Source of the DNA: Eledone cirrhosa
Taxonomy: Eukaryota
DNA: 64,000 bases
Direction of reading: 5' to 3'
NCBI GenBank assembly: GCA_964016885.1
Contig: OZ024741.1
Span: forward strand, 11,966,001 to 12,030,000
The notes below the pieces were generated by a model that was not told where the DNA came from, searched no databases, and worked only from the letters and a program-made list of their open reading frames with translations. Positions within the stretch are counted from its first letter, which is position 1. Each line of letters begins with the position of its first letter. The position numbers were made by a program, and so were the translations under genes. Positions 15,421 through 31,920 of this stretch are shown in pieces.

Positions 15421-18400
15421 ATACACGGTATACAACTGTAGACATAGACTAGTCATAGACAGTATTCAACTGTAAACATAGACTAGTCATAGACGGTATA
15501 CAACTGTAGACACAGACTAGGCATAGAGGTATGCAACTGTAAACATAGACTAGTCATAGACGGTATATAACTGTAGACATAGACAAGTCATAGTCGGTAT
15601 ACAACTGTAGACATAAACTAGTCATAGACGGTATACAACTGTAGACAGAGACGAGTCATACACGGTATACAACTGTAGACATAGACTAGTCATAGACGGT
15701 ATACAACTGTAGACACAGACTTGTCATAGACGGTATACAACTGTAGACACAGACTAGGCATAGACGGTATACAACTGTAGACAAAGACTAGGCATAGACG
15801 GTATACAACTGTAGACATAGACTAGTCATAGACGGTATACAACTGTAGACATAGACTAGTCATACACGGTATACAACTGTAGACACAGAGTAGCCATAGA
15901 CGGTATACAACTGTAGACATAGACTAGGCATAGACGGTATACAACTGTAGACATTGACTAGTCATAGACGGTATACAACTGTAGAGATAGACTAGTCATA
16001 GACGCTATACAACTGTAGACACAGACTAGGCATAGACGGTATACAACTATAGACACAGACTAGTCATAGACGGTATACAACTGTAGACATTGACTAGTCA
16101 TAGACGGTATACAACTGTAGACATTGACTAGTCATAGACGGTATACAACTGTAGACACAGACTAGCCATAGACGGTATACAACTATAGACACAGACTAGT
16201 CATAGACGGTATACAACTGTAGACACAGACTAGTCATAAGCGGTATACAACTGTAGACATAGACTAGTCATAGACGGTATACAACTGTAGACATTGACTA
16301 GTCATAGACGGTATACAGCTGCAGATACAGACCAGGCATACACGGCATACAAACGTAGACATAGACAAGTCATAGACGGTATACAACTGTAGACATTTCA
16401 TAGACGGTATACAACCGTTGATATGACAAGTCATAGACGGTATACAACTGTAGACATAGAAAAGTCTTAGACGGTATACAGCTGTAGATACAGACTAGTC
16501 ATAGACGGTATACAACTGTAGACAAAGACTAGGCATACCGGTATGCAACTGTAAACATAGACTATTCATAGACGGTATATAACTGTAGACATAGACAAGT
16601 CATAGTCGGTATACAACTGTAGACATAGACTAGTCATTGACGGTATACAACTGTAGATACAGTCTAGTCCTAGACGGTATACAACTGTAGACACAGACTA
16701 GGCATAAACGGTATACAACTGTAAACATAGACTAGTCATAGTCGGTATACAACTGTAGACATAGACTAGTCATAGTCGGTATAAAACTGTAGAAATAGAC
16801 TAGTCATACACGGTATACAATCGTAGACACAGGCTAGTCATAGACGGTATACAACTGTAGATACAGACTAGGTATAGACGGTATACAACTGTAGATATAG
16901 ACTAGTCATAGACGGTATACAACTGTAGACATAGACTAGTCATAGACGGTATACAACTGTAGACACAGACTAGTCATAGACGGTATACAACTCTAGATAT
17001 AGCTTAGTCATAGACGGTATACAACTGTAGACATAGAGAAGTCTTAGACGGTATACAGCTGTAAACATAGACTAGTCATAGACGGTATACAACTGTAGAC
17101 ATAGACTAGTCATAGACGGTTTGCAACTGTAGACATAGACTAGTCATTGACGGTATACAACTGTAGACATAGACAAGTCATAGACGGTATACAACTGTAG
17201 ACATAGACTAGTCATAGACGGTTTGCAACTGTAGATATAGCTTAGTCATAGACGGTACTCAACTGTAGACATAGACTAGTCATTGAGGGTATACAACTAT
17301 AGACATAGACTAGTCAGTCAGTATACAACTGTAGACATAGAGAAGTCTTAGACGGTATACAACTATAGACATAGACTAGTCATAGACGGTATACAACTGT
17401 AGACATAGACTAGTCATAGACGGTTTGCAACTGTAGACATAGACTAGTCATTGACGGTATACAACTGTAGACATAGACAAGTCATAGACGGTATACAACT
17501 GTAGACATAGACAAGTCATAGATGGTATACAACTGTAGACACAGACTAGTCATAGTCGGTATAAAACTGTAGACACAGACTAGTCATAGACGTTATACAA
17601 CTGTAGATATAGACAAGTCATAGACGGTATACAATCGTAAATATGACAAGTCATATACGGTATATAACTGTAGACATAGACAAGTCATAGTGGGTATACA
17701 ACTGTAGACATAGACTAGTCATAGACGGTATACAACTGTAGACACAGACTAGTCATACATGGTATACAACTGTAGGCATAGACTAGTCATAGACGGTATA
17801 CAAATGTAGACACAGACTAGTCATAGACGGTATACAACTGTAGACACAGACTATGCATAGACGGTATACAACTGTAGACATAGACTAGTCATAGACGGTA
17901 TACAACTGTAGACATAGACAAGTCATAGACGGTATACAACTGTAGACATAGACTAGTCATAGACGGTATACAACTCTAGACATAGACAAGTCATAGACGG
18001 TATACAACTGTAGACATAGACTAGTCATAGACGGTATACAACTGTAGACATAGACTAGTCATAGTCGGTATACAACTGTAGACATAGACTAGTCATCGTC
18101 GGTATACAACTGTAGACACAGACCAGACAAGTCATAGACGGTATACAACCGTAGACACAGAGAAGTCATAGACGGTATACAACCGTCGACATAGAGTAGT
18201 CATAGTAGGTATACAACCGTAGAACAGACTAGTCATAGAGGGTATACAACTGTAGACATAGACAAGTCATAGACGGTATAGAACTGTAAACATGTCATAG
18301 ACGCTATACAACCGAGATATGACAAGTCATAGACGGTATACAACTGTAGACATAGACTAGTCATAGAGTGTATACAACTGTAGACACAGACTAGTCATAG

Positions 18401-19049
18401 ACGGTATCCAACTGTAGACATAGACTACTCATAGACGGTATACAACTGTAGACAAAGACTAGGCATAGACGGTATACAACTGTAGACATAGACTAGTCAG
18501 TCAGTATACACATGTAGACATAGACTAGTCATAGACGGTATACAACTGTAGACATAGACTAGTCATACACGGTATACATCTGTAGACACAGACTAGTCAT
18601 AGACGGTATACAACTGTAGACATAGACTAGTCATAGACGGTATACAACTGTAGACATAGACTAGTCATAGTCGGTATACAACTGTAGACATAGACTAGTC
18701 ATCTTCGGTATACAACTGTAGATACAAACTAGTCATAGACGGTATACAACTGTAGACATAGACTTGTCATAGACGGTATACAACTGTAAATATAGACTAG
18801 TCATAGACAGTATACAACTGTAGACATAGATTGTCATAGACCGTATACAACGGTAGACATAGACTAGTCATAGTCGGTATACAACTGTGGACAGACTAGT
18901 CATAGACGATATACAACTGGAGACATAGACTAGTCATAGTCGGTATACAACTGTAGACATAGACTAGTCATACACGGTATACAACTGTAGACACAGGCTA
19001 GTCATAGACGGTATACAACTGTAGACACAGACTAGGTATAGACGGTATA

Positions 19050-22000
19050 CAACTGTAGACATAGAGAAGTCTAAGACGGTATACAGCTGTAAACTTAGAC
19101 TAGTCATAGACGGTACACAACTATAGACATAGACTAGTCATTGACGGTATACAACTGTAGACACAGACTAGTTATAATCGGTATACAACTGTAGACACAG
19201 ACAAGTCATAGACGGTATACAACTGTAGACATAGACTAGTCATAGACGGTATACAACCGTAGATATAGACTAGTCATAGACGGTATGCAACTGTAGACAT
19301 AGACTAGTCATAGACGGTATACAACTGTAGACATAGACAAGTCATAGACGGTATACAACTGTAGACATAGACAAGTCATAGATGGTATACAACTGTAGAC
19401 ATTGACTAGTCATAGACGGAATACAACTGTAGACACAGACTAGTCATACACGGTATACAACTGTAGACATAGACTAGTCATAGACGGTATACAACTGTAG
19501 ACATAGACTAGTCATAGACGGTATACAACTGTAGACACAGACTAGTTATAGACGGTATACAACTGTAGACACAGACTAGTCATATACGGTATACAACTGT
19601 AGACATAGACTAGTCATAGACGGTATACAACTGTAGACATAGACTAGTCATAGTCGGTATGCAACTGTAGACATAGACAAGTCATAGTCGGTATACATCT
19701 GTAGACATAGACTAGTCATAGACGGTATACAACTGTAGACATAGACTAGTCATAGTCGGTATACAACTGTAGACATAGACAAGTCATAGTCGGTAAACAA
19801 CTGTAGACATAGACTAGTCATAGACGGTATACAACTGTAGACATAGATTAGTCATAAACGGTATACAATTGTAGACATAGACAAGTCATAGACGGTATAC
19901 AACTGTAGACATAGACAAGTCATAGATGGTATACAACTGTAGACATTGACTAGTCATAGACGGTATACAACTGTAGACACAGACTAGTCATACACGGTAT
20001 ACAACTGTAGACATAGACTAGTCATAGAAGGTATACAACTGTAGACATAGACTAGTCATAGACGGTATACAACTATAGATATAGAGAAGTCTTAGACGGT
20101 ATACAGCTGTAGATACAGACTAGTCATAGACGGTATACAACTGTAGACAAAGACTAGGCATAGCGGTATGCAACTGTAAACATAGACTAGTCATAGACGG
20201 TATATAACTGTAGACATAGACAAGTCATAGTCGGTATACAACTGTAGACATAGACTAGTCATTGACGGTATACAACTGTAGATACAGACTAGTCATAGAC
20301 GGTATACAACTGTAGACATAGACTAGTTATAGACGGTATACAACTGTAGACACAGACTAGTCATAGACGGTATACAACTGTAGACACAGACTAGGCATAG
20401 ACGGTATACAACTGTAAACATAGACTAGTCATAGTCGGTATACAACTGTAGACATAGACTAGTCATAGTCGGTATAAAACTGTAGAAATAGACTAGTCAT
20501 ACACGGTATACAACTGTAGACACAGGCTAGTCATAGACGGTATACAACTGTAGATACAGACTAGGTATAGACGGTATACAACTGTAGATATAGACTAGTC
20601 ATAGACGGTATACAACTGTAGACATAGACTAGTCATAGACGGTATACAACTGTAGACACAGACTAGACATAGACGGTATACAACTCTAGATATAGCTAAG
20701 TCATAGACGGTATACAACTGTAGACATAGAGAAGTCTTAGACGGTATACAGCTGTAAACATAGACTAGTCATAGACGGTACACAACTGTAGACATAGACT
20801 AGTCATTGACGGTATACAACTGTAGACATAGACTAGTCAGTCAGTATACAACTGTAGACATAGAGAAGTCTTAGACGGTATACAACTGTAGACATAGACT
20901 AGTCATAGACGGTATACAACCGTAGACATAGACTAGTCATAGACGGTTTGCAACTGTAGACATAGAATAGTCATTGACGGTATACAACTGTAGACATAGA
21001 CAAGTCATAGACGGTATACAACTGTAGACATAGACAAGTCATAGATGGTATACAACTGTAGACACAGACTAGTCATAGTCGGTATACAACCGTAGACACA
21101 GACTAGTCATAGGCGGTATACAACTGTAGATATAGACAAGTCATAGACGGTATACAATCGTAAATATGACAAGTCATATACGGTATATAACTGGAGACAT
21201 AGACAAGTCATAGTGGGTATACAACTGTAGACATAGACTAGTCATAGACGGTATACAACTGTAGATACAGACTAGTCATACACGGTATACAACTGTAGGC
21301 ATAGACTAGTCATAGACGGTATACAAATGTAGACACAGACTAGTCATAGACGGTATACAACTGTAGACACAGACTATGCATAGACGGTATACAACTGTAG
21401 ACATAGACTAGTCATAGACGGTATACAACTGTAGACATAGACAAGTCATAGACGGTATACAACTGTAGACATAGACTAGTCATAGACGGTATACAACTCT
21501 AGACATAGACAAGTCATAGACGGTATACAACTGTAGATATAGACTAGTCATAGACAGTATACAACTGTAGACATAGACTAGTCATAGTCGGTATACAACT
21601 GTAGACATAGACTAGTCATCGTCGGTATACAACTGTAGACACAGACCAGACAAGTCATAGACGGTATACAACCGTAGACACAGAGAAGTCATAGACGGTA
21701 TACAACCGTCGACATAGAGTAGTCATAGTAGGCATACAACCGTAGAACAGACTAGTCATAGAGGGTATAAAACTGTAGACATAGACAAGTCATAGACGGT
21801 ATAGAACTGTAAACATGTCATAGACGCTATACAACCGAGATATGACAAGTCATAGACGATATACAACTGTAGACATAGACAAGTCTTAGACGGTATACAG
21901 CTGTAAACATAGACTAGTCATAGACGGTACACAACTGTAGACATAGACTATACATAGACGTATGCAACTGAAGACATAGACTAATCATAGACGGTATAAA

Positions 22001-25000
22001 ACTGTAGACACAGACTAGGCATAGCTGTATGCAACTGTAAACTTAGACTAGTCATAGTCGGTATACAACTGTAGACATAGACTAGTCATAGACGGTATAC
22101 AAATGTAGACACAGACGAGTCATACACGGTATACAACTGTAGACATAGACTAGTCATAGACGGTATACAACTGTAGACACAGACTAGTCATAGACGGTAT
22201 ACAACTGTAGACACAGACTAGGCATAGACGGTATACAACTGTAGACATAGACTAGTCATAGAGTGTATACAACTGTAGACACAGACTAGTCATAGACGGT
22301 ATCCAACTGTAGACATAGACTAGTCATAGACGGTATACAACTGTAAATATAGACTAGTCATAGACAGTATACAACTGTAGACACAGACTAGTCATACACG
22401 GTATACAACTGTAGACATAGATTGTCATAGACCGTATACAACTGTAGACATAGACTACTCATAGACGGTATACAACTGTAGACAAAGACTAGGCATAGAC
22501 GGTATACAACTGTAGACATAGACTAGTCATACACGGTATACAACTGTAGACACAGGCTAGTCATAGACGGTATACAACTGTAGACACAGACTAGGTATAG
22601 ACGGTATACAACTGTAGACATAAACTAGTCAGTCAGTATACAACTGTAGACATAGACTAGTCATAGACGGTATACAACTGTAGACATTGACTAGTCATAG
22701 ACGGTATACAACTGTAGATATAGACAAGTCATAGTCGGTATACAACTGTAAACAGACTAGTCATAGACGGTATACAACTGTAGACATAGACTAGTCATAG
22801 TCGTTATACAACTGTAGACATAGACAATTCATAGTCGGTATACAACTGTAGACATAGACTAGTCACAGACGGTATACAACTGTAGACATAGACTAGTCAT
22901 AGTCGGTATACAACTGTAGACATAGACAAGTCATAGTCGGTATAAAACTGTAGACATAGACTAGTCATAGACGGTATACAACTGTAGACATAGACTAGTC
23001 ATAGATGGTATACGACTGTAGACAAGTAATAGACGGTATACAACCGTAGATATGACAAGTCATAGACGGTATACAACTGTAGACATAGAGAAGTCTAAGA
23101 CGGTATACAGCTGTAAACTTAGACTAGTCATAGACGGTACACAACTATAGACATAGACTAGTCATTGACGGTATACAACTGTAGACACAGACTAGTTATA
23201 ATCGGTATACAACTGTAGACACAGACAAGTCATAGACGGTATACAACTGTAGACATAGACTAGTCATAGACGGTATACAACCGTAGATATAGACTAGTCA
23301 TAGACGGTATGCAACTGTAGACATAGACTAGTCATAGACGGTATACAACTGTAGACATAGACAAGTCATAGACGGTATACAACTGTAGACATAGACAAGT
23401 CATAGATGGTATACAACTGTAGACATTGACTAGTCATAGACGGAATACAACTGTAGACACAGACTAGTCATACACGGTATACAACTGTAGACATAGACTA
23501 GTCATAGACGGTATACAACTGTAGACATAGACTAGTCATAGACGGTATACAACTGTAGACACAGACTAGTTATAGACGGTTTACAACTGTAGACACAGAC
23601 TAGTCATATACGGTATACAACTGTAGACATAGACTAGTCATAGACGGTATACAACTGTAGACATAGACTAGTCATAGTCGGTATGCAACTGTAGACATAG
23701 ACAAGTCATAGTCGGTATACATCTGTAGACATAGACTAGTCATAGACGGTATACAACTGTAGACATAGACTAGTCATAGTCGGTATACAACTGTAGACAT
23801 AGACAAGTCATAGTCGGTAAACAACTGTAGACATAGACTAGTCATAGACGGTATACAACTGTAGACATAGATTAGTCATAAACGGTATACAATTGTAGAC
23901 ATAGACAAGTCATAGACGGTATACAACTGTAGACATAGACAAGTCATAGATGGTATACAACTGTAGACATTGACTAGTCATAGACGGTATACAACTGTAG
24001 ACACAGACTAGTCATACACGGTATACAACTGTAGACATAGACTAGTCATAGAAGGTATACAACTGTAGACATAGACTAGTCATAGACGGTATACAACTAT
24101 AGATATAGAGAAGTCTTAGACGGTATACAGCTGTAGATACAGACTAGTCATAGACGGTATACAACTGTAGACAAAGACTAGGCATAGCGGTATGCAACTG
24201 TAAACATAGACTAGTCATAGACGGTATATAACTGTAGACATAGACAAGTCATAGTCGGTATACAACTGTAGACATAGACTAGTCATTGACGGTATACAAC
24301 TGTAGATACAGACTAGTCATAGACGGTATACAACTGTAGACATAGACTAGTTATAGACGGTATACAACTGTAGACACAGACTAGTCATAGACGGTATACA
24401 ACTGTAGACACAGACTAGGCATAGACGGTATACAACTGTAAACATAGACTAGTCATAGTCGGTATACAACTGTAGACATAGACTAGTCATAGTCGGTATA
24501 AAACTGTAGAAATAGACTAGTCATACACGGTATACAACTGTAGACACAGGCTAGTCATAGACGGTATACAACTGTAGATACAGACTAGGTATAGACGGTA
24601 TACAACTGTAGATATAGACTAGTCATAGACGGTATACAACTGTAGACATAGACTAGTCATAGACGGTATACAACTGTAGACACAGACTAGACATAGACGG
24701 TATACAACTCTAGATATAGCTAAGTCATAGACGGTATACAACTGTAGACATAGAGAAGTCTTAGACGGTATACAGCTGTAAACATAGACTAGTCATAGAC
24801 GGTACACAACTGTAGACATAGACTAGTCATTGACGGTATACAACTGTAGACATAGACTAGTCAGTCAGTATACAACTGTAGACATAGAGAAGTCTTAGAC
24901 GGTATACAACTGTAGACATAGACTAGTCATAGACGGTATACAACCGTAGACATAGACTAGTCATAGACGGTTTGCAACTGTAGACATAGAATAGTCATTG

Positions 25001-26530
25001 ACGGTATACAACTGTAGACATAGACAAGTCATAGACGGTATACAACTGTAGACATAGACAAGTCATAGATGGTATACAACTGTAGACACAGACTAGTCAT
25101 AGTCGGTATACAACCGTAGACACAGACTAGTCATAGGCGGTATACAACTGTAGATATAGACAAGTCATAGACGGTATACAATCGTAAATATGACAAGTCA
25201 TATACGGTATATAACTGGAGACATAGACAAGTCATAGTGGGTATACAACTGTAGACATAGACTAGTCATAGACGGTATACAACTGTAGATACAGACTAGT
25301 CATACACGGTATACAACTGTAGGCATAGACTAGTCATAGACGGTATACAAATGTAGACACAGACTAGTCATAGACGGTATACAACTGTAGACACAGACTA
25401 TGCATAGACGGTATACAACTGTAGACATAGACTAGTCATAGACGGTATACAACTGTAGACATAGACAAGTCATAGACGGTATACAACTGTAGACATAGAC
25501 TAGTCATAGACGGTATACAACTCTAGACATAGACAAGTCATAGACGGTATACAACTGTAGATATAGACTAGTCATAGACAGTATACAACTGTAGACATAG
25601 ACTAGTCATAGTCGGTATACAACTGTAGACATAGACTAGTCATCGTCGGTATACAACTGTAGACACAGACCAGACAAGTCATAGACGGTATACAACCGTA
25701 GACACAGAGAAGTCATAGACGGTATACAACCGTCGACATAGAGTAGTCATAGTAGGCATACAACCGTAGAACAGACTAGTCATAGAGGGTATAAAACTGT
25801 AGACATAGACAAGTCATAGACGGTATAGAACTGTAAACATGTCATAGACGCTATACAACCGAGATATGACAAGTCATAGACGATATACAACTGTAGACAT
25901 AGACAAGTCTTAGACGGTATACAGCTGTAAACATAGACTAGTCATAGACGGTACACAACTGTAGACATAGACTATACATAGACGTATGCAACTGAAGACA
26001 TAGACTAATCATAGACGGTATAAAACTGTAGACACAGACTAGGCATAGCTGTATGCAACTGTAAACTTAGACTAGTCATAGTCGGTATACAACTGTAGAC
26101 ATAGACTAGTCATAGACGGTATACAAATGTAGACACAGACGAGTCATACACGGTATACAACTGTAGACATAGAGTAGTCATAGACGGTATACAACTGTAG
26201 ACACAGACTAGTCATAGACGGTATACAACTGTAGACACAGACTAGGCATAGACGGTATACAACTGTAGACATAGACTAGTCATAGAGTGTATACAACTGT
26301 AGACACAGACTAGTCATAGACGGTATCCAACTGTAGACATAGACTAGTCATAGACGGTATACAACTGTAAATATAGACTAGTCATAGACAGTATACAACT
26401 GTAGACACAGACTAGTCATACACGGTATACAACTGTAGACATAGATTGTCATAGACCGTATACAACTGTAGACATAGACTACTCATAGACGGTATACAAC
26501 TGTAGACAAAGACTAGGCATAGACGGTATA
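19050..26530 (+). repeat. Higher-order duplication with 4024-bp offset within the 34-bp satellite
   Basis: Marker variants at a constant 4024 offset: ATACAGCTGTAAACTTAG 19081/23105, ATACAGCTGTAGATAC 20101/24125, GACCAGACAAG 21644/25668. Boundaries are approximate. Confidence 0.85.
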
Positions 26531-27249
26531 CAACTGTAGACATAGACTAGTCAGTCAGTATACACATGTAGACATAGACTAGTCATAGACGGTATACAAC
26601 TGTAGACATAGACTAGTCATAGACGGTATACAACTGTAGACATAGACTAATCATAGTCGGTATACAACTGTAGACATAGACTAGTCATCGTCGGTATACA
26701 ACTGTAGATACAAACTAGTCATAGACGGTATACAACTGTAGACATAGACTAGTCATAGACGGTATACAACTGTAAATATAGACTAGTCATAGACAGTATA
26801 CAACTGTAGACACAGACTAGTCATACACGGTATACAACTGTAGACATAGATTGTCATAGACCGTATACAACTGTAGACATAGACTAGTCATAGTCGGTAT
26901 ACAACTGTAGACAGACTAGTCATAGACGATATACAACTGGAGACATAGACTAGTCATAGTCGGTATACAACTGTAGACATAGACTAGTCATACACGGTAT
27001 ACAACTGTAGACACAGGCTAGTCATAGACGGTATACAACTGTAGACACAGACTAGGTATAGACGGTATACAACTGTAGACATAGCCTAGTCAGTCAGTAT
27101 ACAACTGTAGATATAGACAAGTCATAGTCGGTATACAACTGTAAACATAGACTAGTCATAGACCGTATACAACTGTAGACATAGACTAGTCATAGTCGGT
27201 ATACAAGTGTAGACATAGACAATTCATAGTCGGTATACAACTGTAGACA

Positions 27250-30200
27250 TAGACTAGTCATAGACGGTATACAACTGCAGACATAGACTAGTCATAGTCG
27301 GTATACAACTGTAGACATAGACAAGTCATAGTCGGTATAAAACTGTAGACATAGACTAGTCATAGACGGTATACAACTGTAGACATAGACTAGTCATAGA
27401 TGGTATACGACTGTAGACAAGTAATAGACGGTATACAACCGTAGATATGACAAGTCATAGACGGTATACAACTGTAGACATAGAGAACTCTTAGACGGTA
27501 TACAACTGTAGACATAGACAAGTCATAGACGGTACACAACTGTAGCCATAGACTAGTCATAGACGGTATACAACTGTAGACATAGACTAGTCATAGACGG
27601 TATACAACTGTAGACACAGACTAGTTATAGACGGTATACAACTGTAGACACAGACTAGTCATATACGGTATACAACTGTAGACATAGACTAGTCATAGAC
27701 GGTATACAACTGTAGACATAGACTAGTCATAGTCGGTATGCAACTGTAGACATAGACAAGTCATAGTCGGTATACATCTGTAGACATAGACTAGTCATAG
27801 ACGGTATACAACTGTAGACATAGACTAGTCATAGTCGGTATACAACTGTAGACATAGACAAGTCATAGTCGGTAAACAACTGTAGACATAGACTAGTCAT
27901 AGACGGTATACAACTGTAGACATAGACTAGTCATAAACGGTATACAATTGTAGACATAGACTAGTCATAGACGGTATACAACTGTAGACATAGACTAGTC
28001 ATAGACGGTATACAACTGTAGACATAAACTAGTCATAGACGGTATACAACTGTAGACATAGACTAGTCAGTCAGTATACACATGTAGACATAGACTAGTC
28101 ATAGACGGTATACAACTGTGGACATAGACTAGTCATACACGGTATACAACTGTAGACACAGACTAGTCATACACGGTATACAACTGTAGACATAGACTAG
28201 TCATAGACGGTATACAAATGTAGACATAGACTAGTCATAGTCGGTATACAACTGTAGACACAGACTAGGCATAGACGGTATACAACTGTAAACATAGACT
28301 AGTCATAGACGGTATACAACTGTAGACACAGACTAGGCATAGAGGTATGCAACTGTAAACATAGACTAGTCATAGACGGTATACAACTGTAGACACAGAC
28401 TAGCCATAGACGGTATACAACTGCAGACATAGACTAGGCATAGACGGTATACAACTGTAGACATTGGCTAGTCATAGACGGTATACAACTGTAGACATAG
28501 ACTAGTCATAGTCGGTATACAACTGTAGACATAGACTAGTCATAGACGGTATATAACTGTAGACATAGACTAGTCATAGTCGGTATACAACTGTAGACAT
28601 AGACTAGTCATAGACGGTATACAACTGTAGACATAGACTAGTCATAGACGGTATATAACTGTAGACATAGACTAGTCATAGTCGGTATATAACTGTAGAC
28701 ATAGACTAGTCATAGTCGGTATACAACTGTAGACATAGACTAGTCATAGACGGTATACAACTGTAGACACAGACTAGTCATACACGGTATACAACTGTAG
28801 ACATAGACTAGTCATAGACGGTATACAACTGCAGACATAGACTAGTCATAGTCGGTATACAACTGTAGACATAGACAAGTCATAGTCGGTATAAAACTGT
28901 AGACATAGACTAGTCATAGACGGTATACAACTGTAGACATAGACTAGTCATAGATGGTATACGACTGTAGACAAGTAATAGACGGTATACAACCGTAGAT
29001 ATGACAAGTCATAGACGGTATACAACTGTAGACATAGAGAACTCTTAGACGGTATACAACTGTAGACATAGACAAGTCATAGACGGTACACAACTGTAGC
29101 CATAGACTAGTCATAGACGGTATACAACTGTAGACATAGACTAGTCATAGACGGTATACAACTGTAGACACAGACTAGTTATAGACGGTATACAACTGTA
29201 GACACAGACTAGTCATATACGGTATACAACTGTAGACATAGACTAGTCATAGACGGTATACAACTGTAGACATAGACTAGTCATAGTCGGTATGCAACTG
29301 TAGACATAGACAAGTCATAGTCGGTATACATCTGTAGACATAGACTAGTCATAGACGGTATACAACTGTAGACATAGACTAGTCATAGTCGGTATACAAC
29401 TGTAGACATAGACAAGTCATAGTCGGTAAACAACTGTAGACATAGACTAGTCATAGACGGTATACAACTGTAGACATAGACTAGTCATAAACGGTATACA
29501 ATTGTAGACATAGACTAGTCATAGACGGTATACAACTGTAGACATAGACTAGTCATAGACGGTATACAACTGTAGACATAAACTAGTCATAGACGGTATA
29601 CAACTGTAGACATAGACTAGTCAGTCAGTATACACATGTAGACATAGACTAGTCATAGACGGTATACAACTGTGGACATAGACTAGTCATACACGGTATA
29701 CAACTGTAGACACAGACTAGTCATACACGGTATACAACTGTAGACATAGACTAGTCATAGACGGTATACAAATGTAGACATAGACTAGTCATAGTCGGTA
29801 TACAACTGTAGACACAGACTAGGCATAGACGGTATACAACTGTAAACATAGACTAGTCATAGACGGTATACAACTGTAGACACAGACTAGGCATAGAGGT
29901 ATGCAACTGTAAACATAGACTAGTCATAGACGGTATACAACTGTAGACACAGACTAGCCATAGACGGTATACAACTGCAGACATAGACTAGGCATAGACG
30001 GTATACAACTGTAGACATTGGCTAGTCATAGACGGTATACAACTGTAGACATAGACTAGTCATAGTCGGTATACAACTGTAGACATAGACTAGTCATAGA
30101 CGGTATATAACTGTAGACATAGACTAGTCATAGTCGGTATACAACTGTAGACATAGACTAGTCATAGACGGTATACAACTGTAGACATAGACTAGTCATA

Positions 30201-31920
30201 GACGGTATATAACTGTAGACATAGACTAGTCATAGTCGGTATATAACTGTAGACATAGACTAGTCATAGTCGGTATACAACTGTAGACATAGACTAGTCA
30301 TAGACGGTATACAACTGTAGACACAGACTAGTCATACACGGTATACAACTGTAGACATAGACTAGTCATAGACGGTATACAACTGCAGACATAGACTAGT
30401 CATAGTCGGTATACAACTGTAGACATAGACAAGTCATAGTCGGTATAAAACTGTAGACATAGACTAGTCATAGACGGTATACAACTGTAGACATAGACTA
30501 GTCATAGATGGTATACGACTGTAGACAAGTAATAGACGGTATACAACCGTAGATATGACAAGTCATAGACGGTATACAACTGTAGACATAGAGAACTCTT
30601 AGACGGTATACAACTGTAGACATAGACAAGTCATAGACGGTACACAACTGTAGCCATAGACTAGTCATAGACGGTATACAACTGTAGACATAGACTAGTC
30701 ATAGACGGTATACAACTGTAGACACAGACTAGTTATAGACGGTATACAACTGTAGACACAGACTAGTCATATACGGTATACAACTGTAGACATAGACTAG
30801 TCATAGACGGTATACAACTGTAGACATAGACTAGTCATAGTCGGTATGCAACTGTAGACATAGACAAGTCATAGTCGGTATACATCTGTAGACATAGACT
30901 AGTCATAGACGGTATACAACTGTAGACATAGACTAGTCATAGTCGGTATACAACTGTAGACATAGACAAGTCATAGTCGGTAAACAACTGTAGACATAGA
31001 CTAGTCATAGACGGTATACAACTGTAGACATAGACTAGTCATAAACGGTATACAATTGTAGACATAGACTAGTCATAGACGGTATACAACTGTAGACATA
31101 GACTAGTCATAGACGGTATACAACTGTAGACATAAACTAGTCATAGACGGTATACAACTGTAGACATAGACTAGTCAGTCAGTATACACATGTAGACATA
31201 GACTAGTCATAGACGGTATACAACTGTGGACATAGACTAGTCATACACGGTATACAACTGTAGACACAGACTAGTCATACACGGTATACAACTGTAGACA
31301 TAGACTAGTCATAGACGGTATACAAATGTAGACATAGACTAGTCATAGTCGGTATACAACTGTAGACACAGACTAGGCATAGACGGTATACAACTGTAAA
31401 CATAGACTAGTCATAGACGGTATACAACTGTAGACACAGACTAGGCATAGAGGTATGCAACTGTAAACATAGACTAGTCATAGACGGTATACAACTGTAG
31501 ACACAGACTAGCCATAGACGGTATACAACTGCAGACATAGACTAGGCATAGACGGTATACAACTGTAGACATTGGCTAGTCATAGACGGTATACAACTGT
31601 AGACATAGACTAGTCATAGTCGGTATACAACTGTAGACATAGACTAGTCATAGACGGTATATAACTGTAGACATAGACTAGTCATAGTCGGTATACAACT
31701 GTAGACATAGACTAGTCATAGACGGTATACAACTGTAGACATAGACTAGTCATAGACGGTATATAACTGTAGACATAGACTAGTCATAGTCGGTATATAA
31801 CTGTAGACATAGACTAGTCATAGTCGGTATACAACTGTAGACATAGACTAGTCATAGACGGTATACAACTGTAGACACAGACTAGTCATACACGGTATAC
31901 AACTGTAGACATAGACTAGT
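27250..31920 (+). repeat. 1554-bp higher-order repeat, three near-identical tandem copies
   Basis: GAACTCTTAG at 27485/29039/30593 and TCATAAACGG at 27931/29485/31039, each at exact 1554 spacing. Confidence 0.9.
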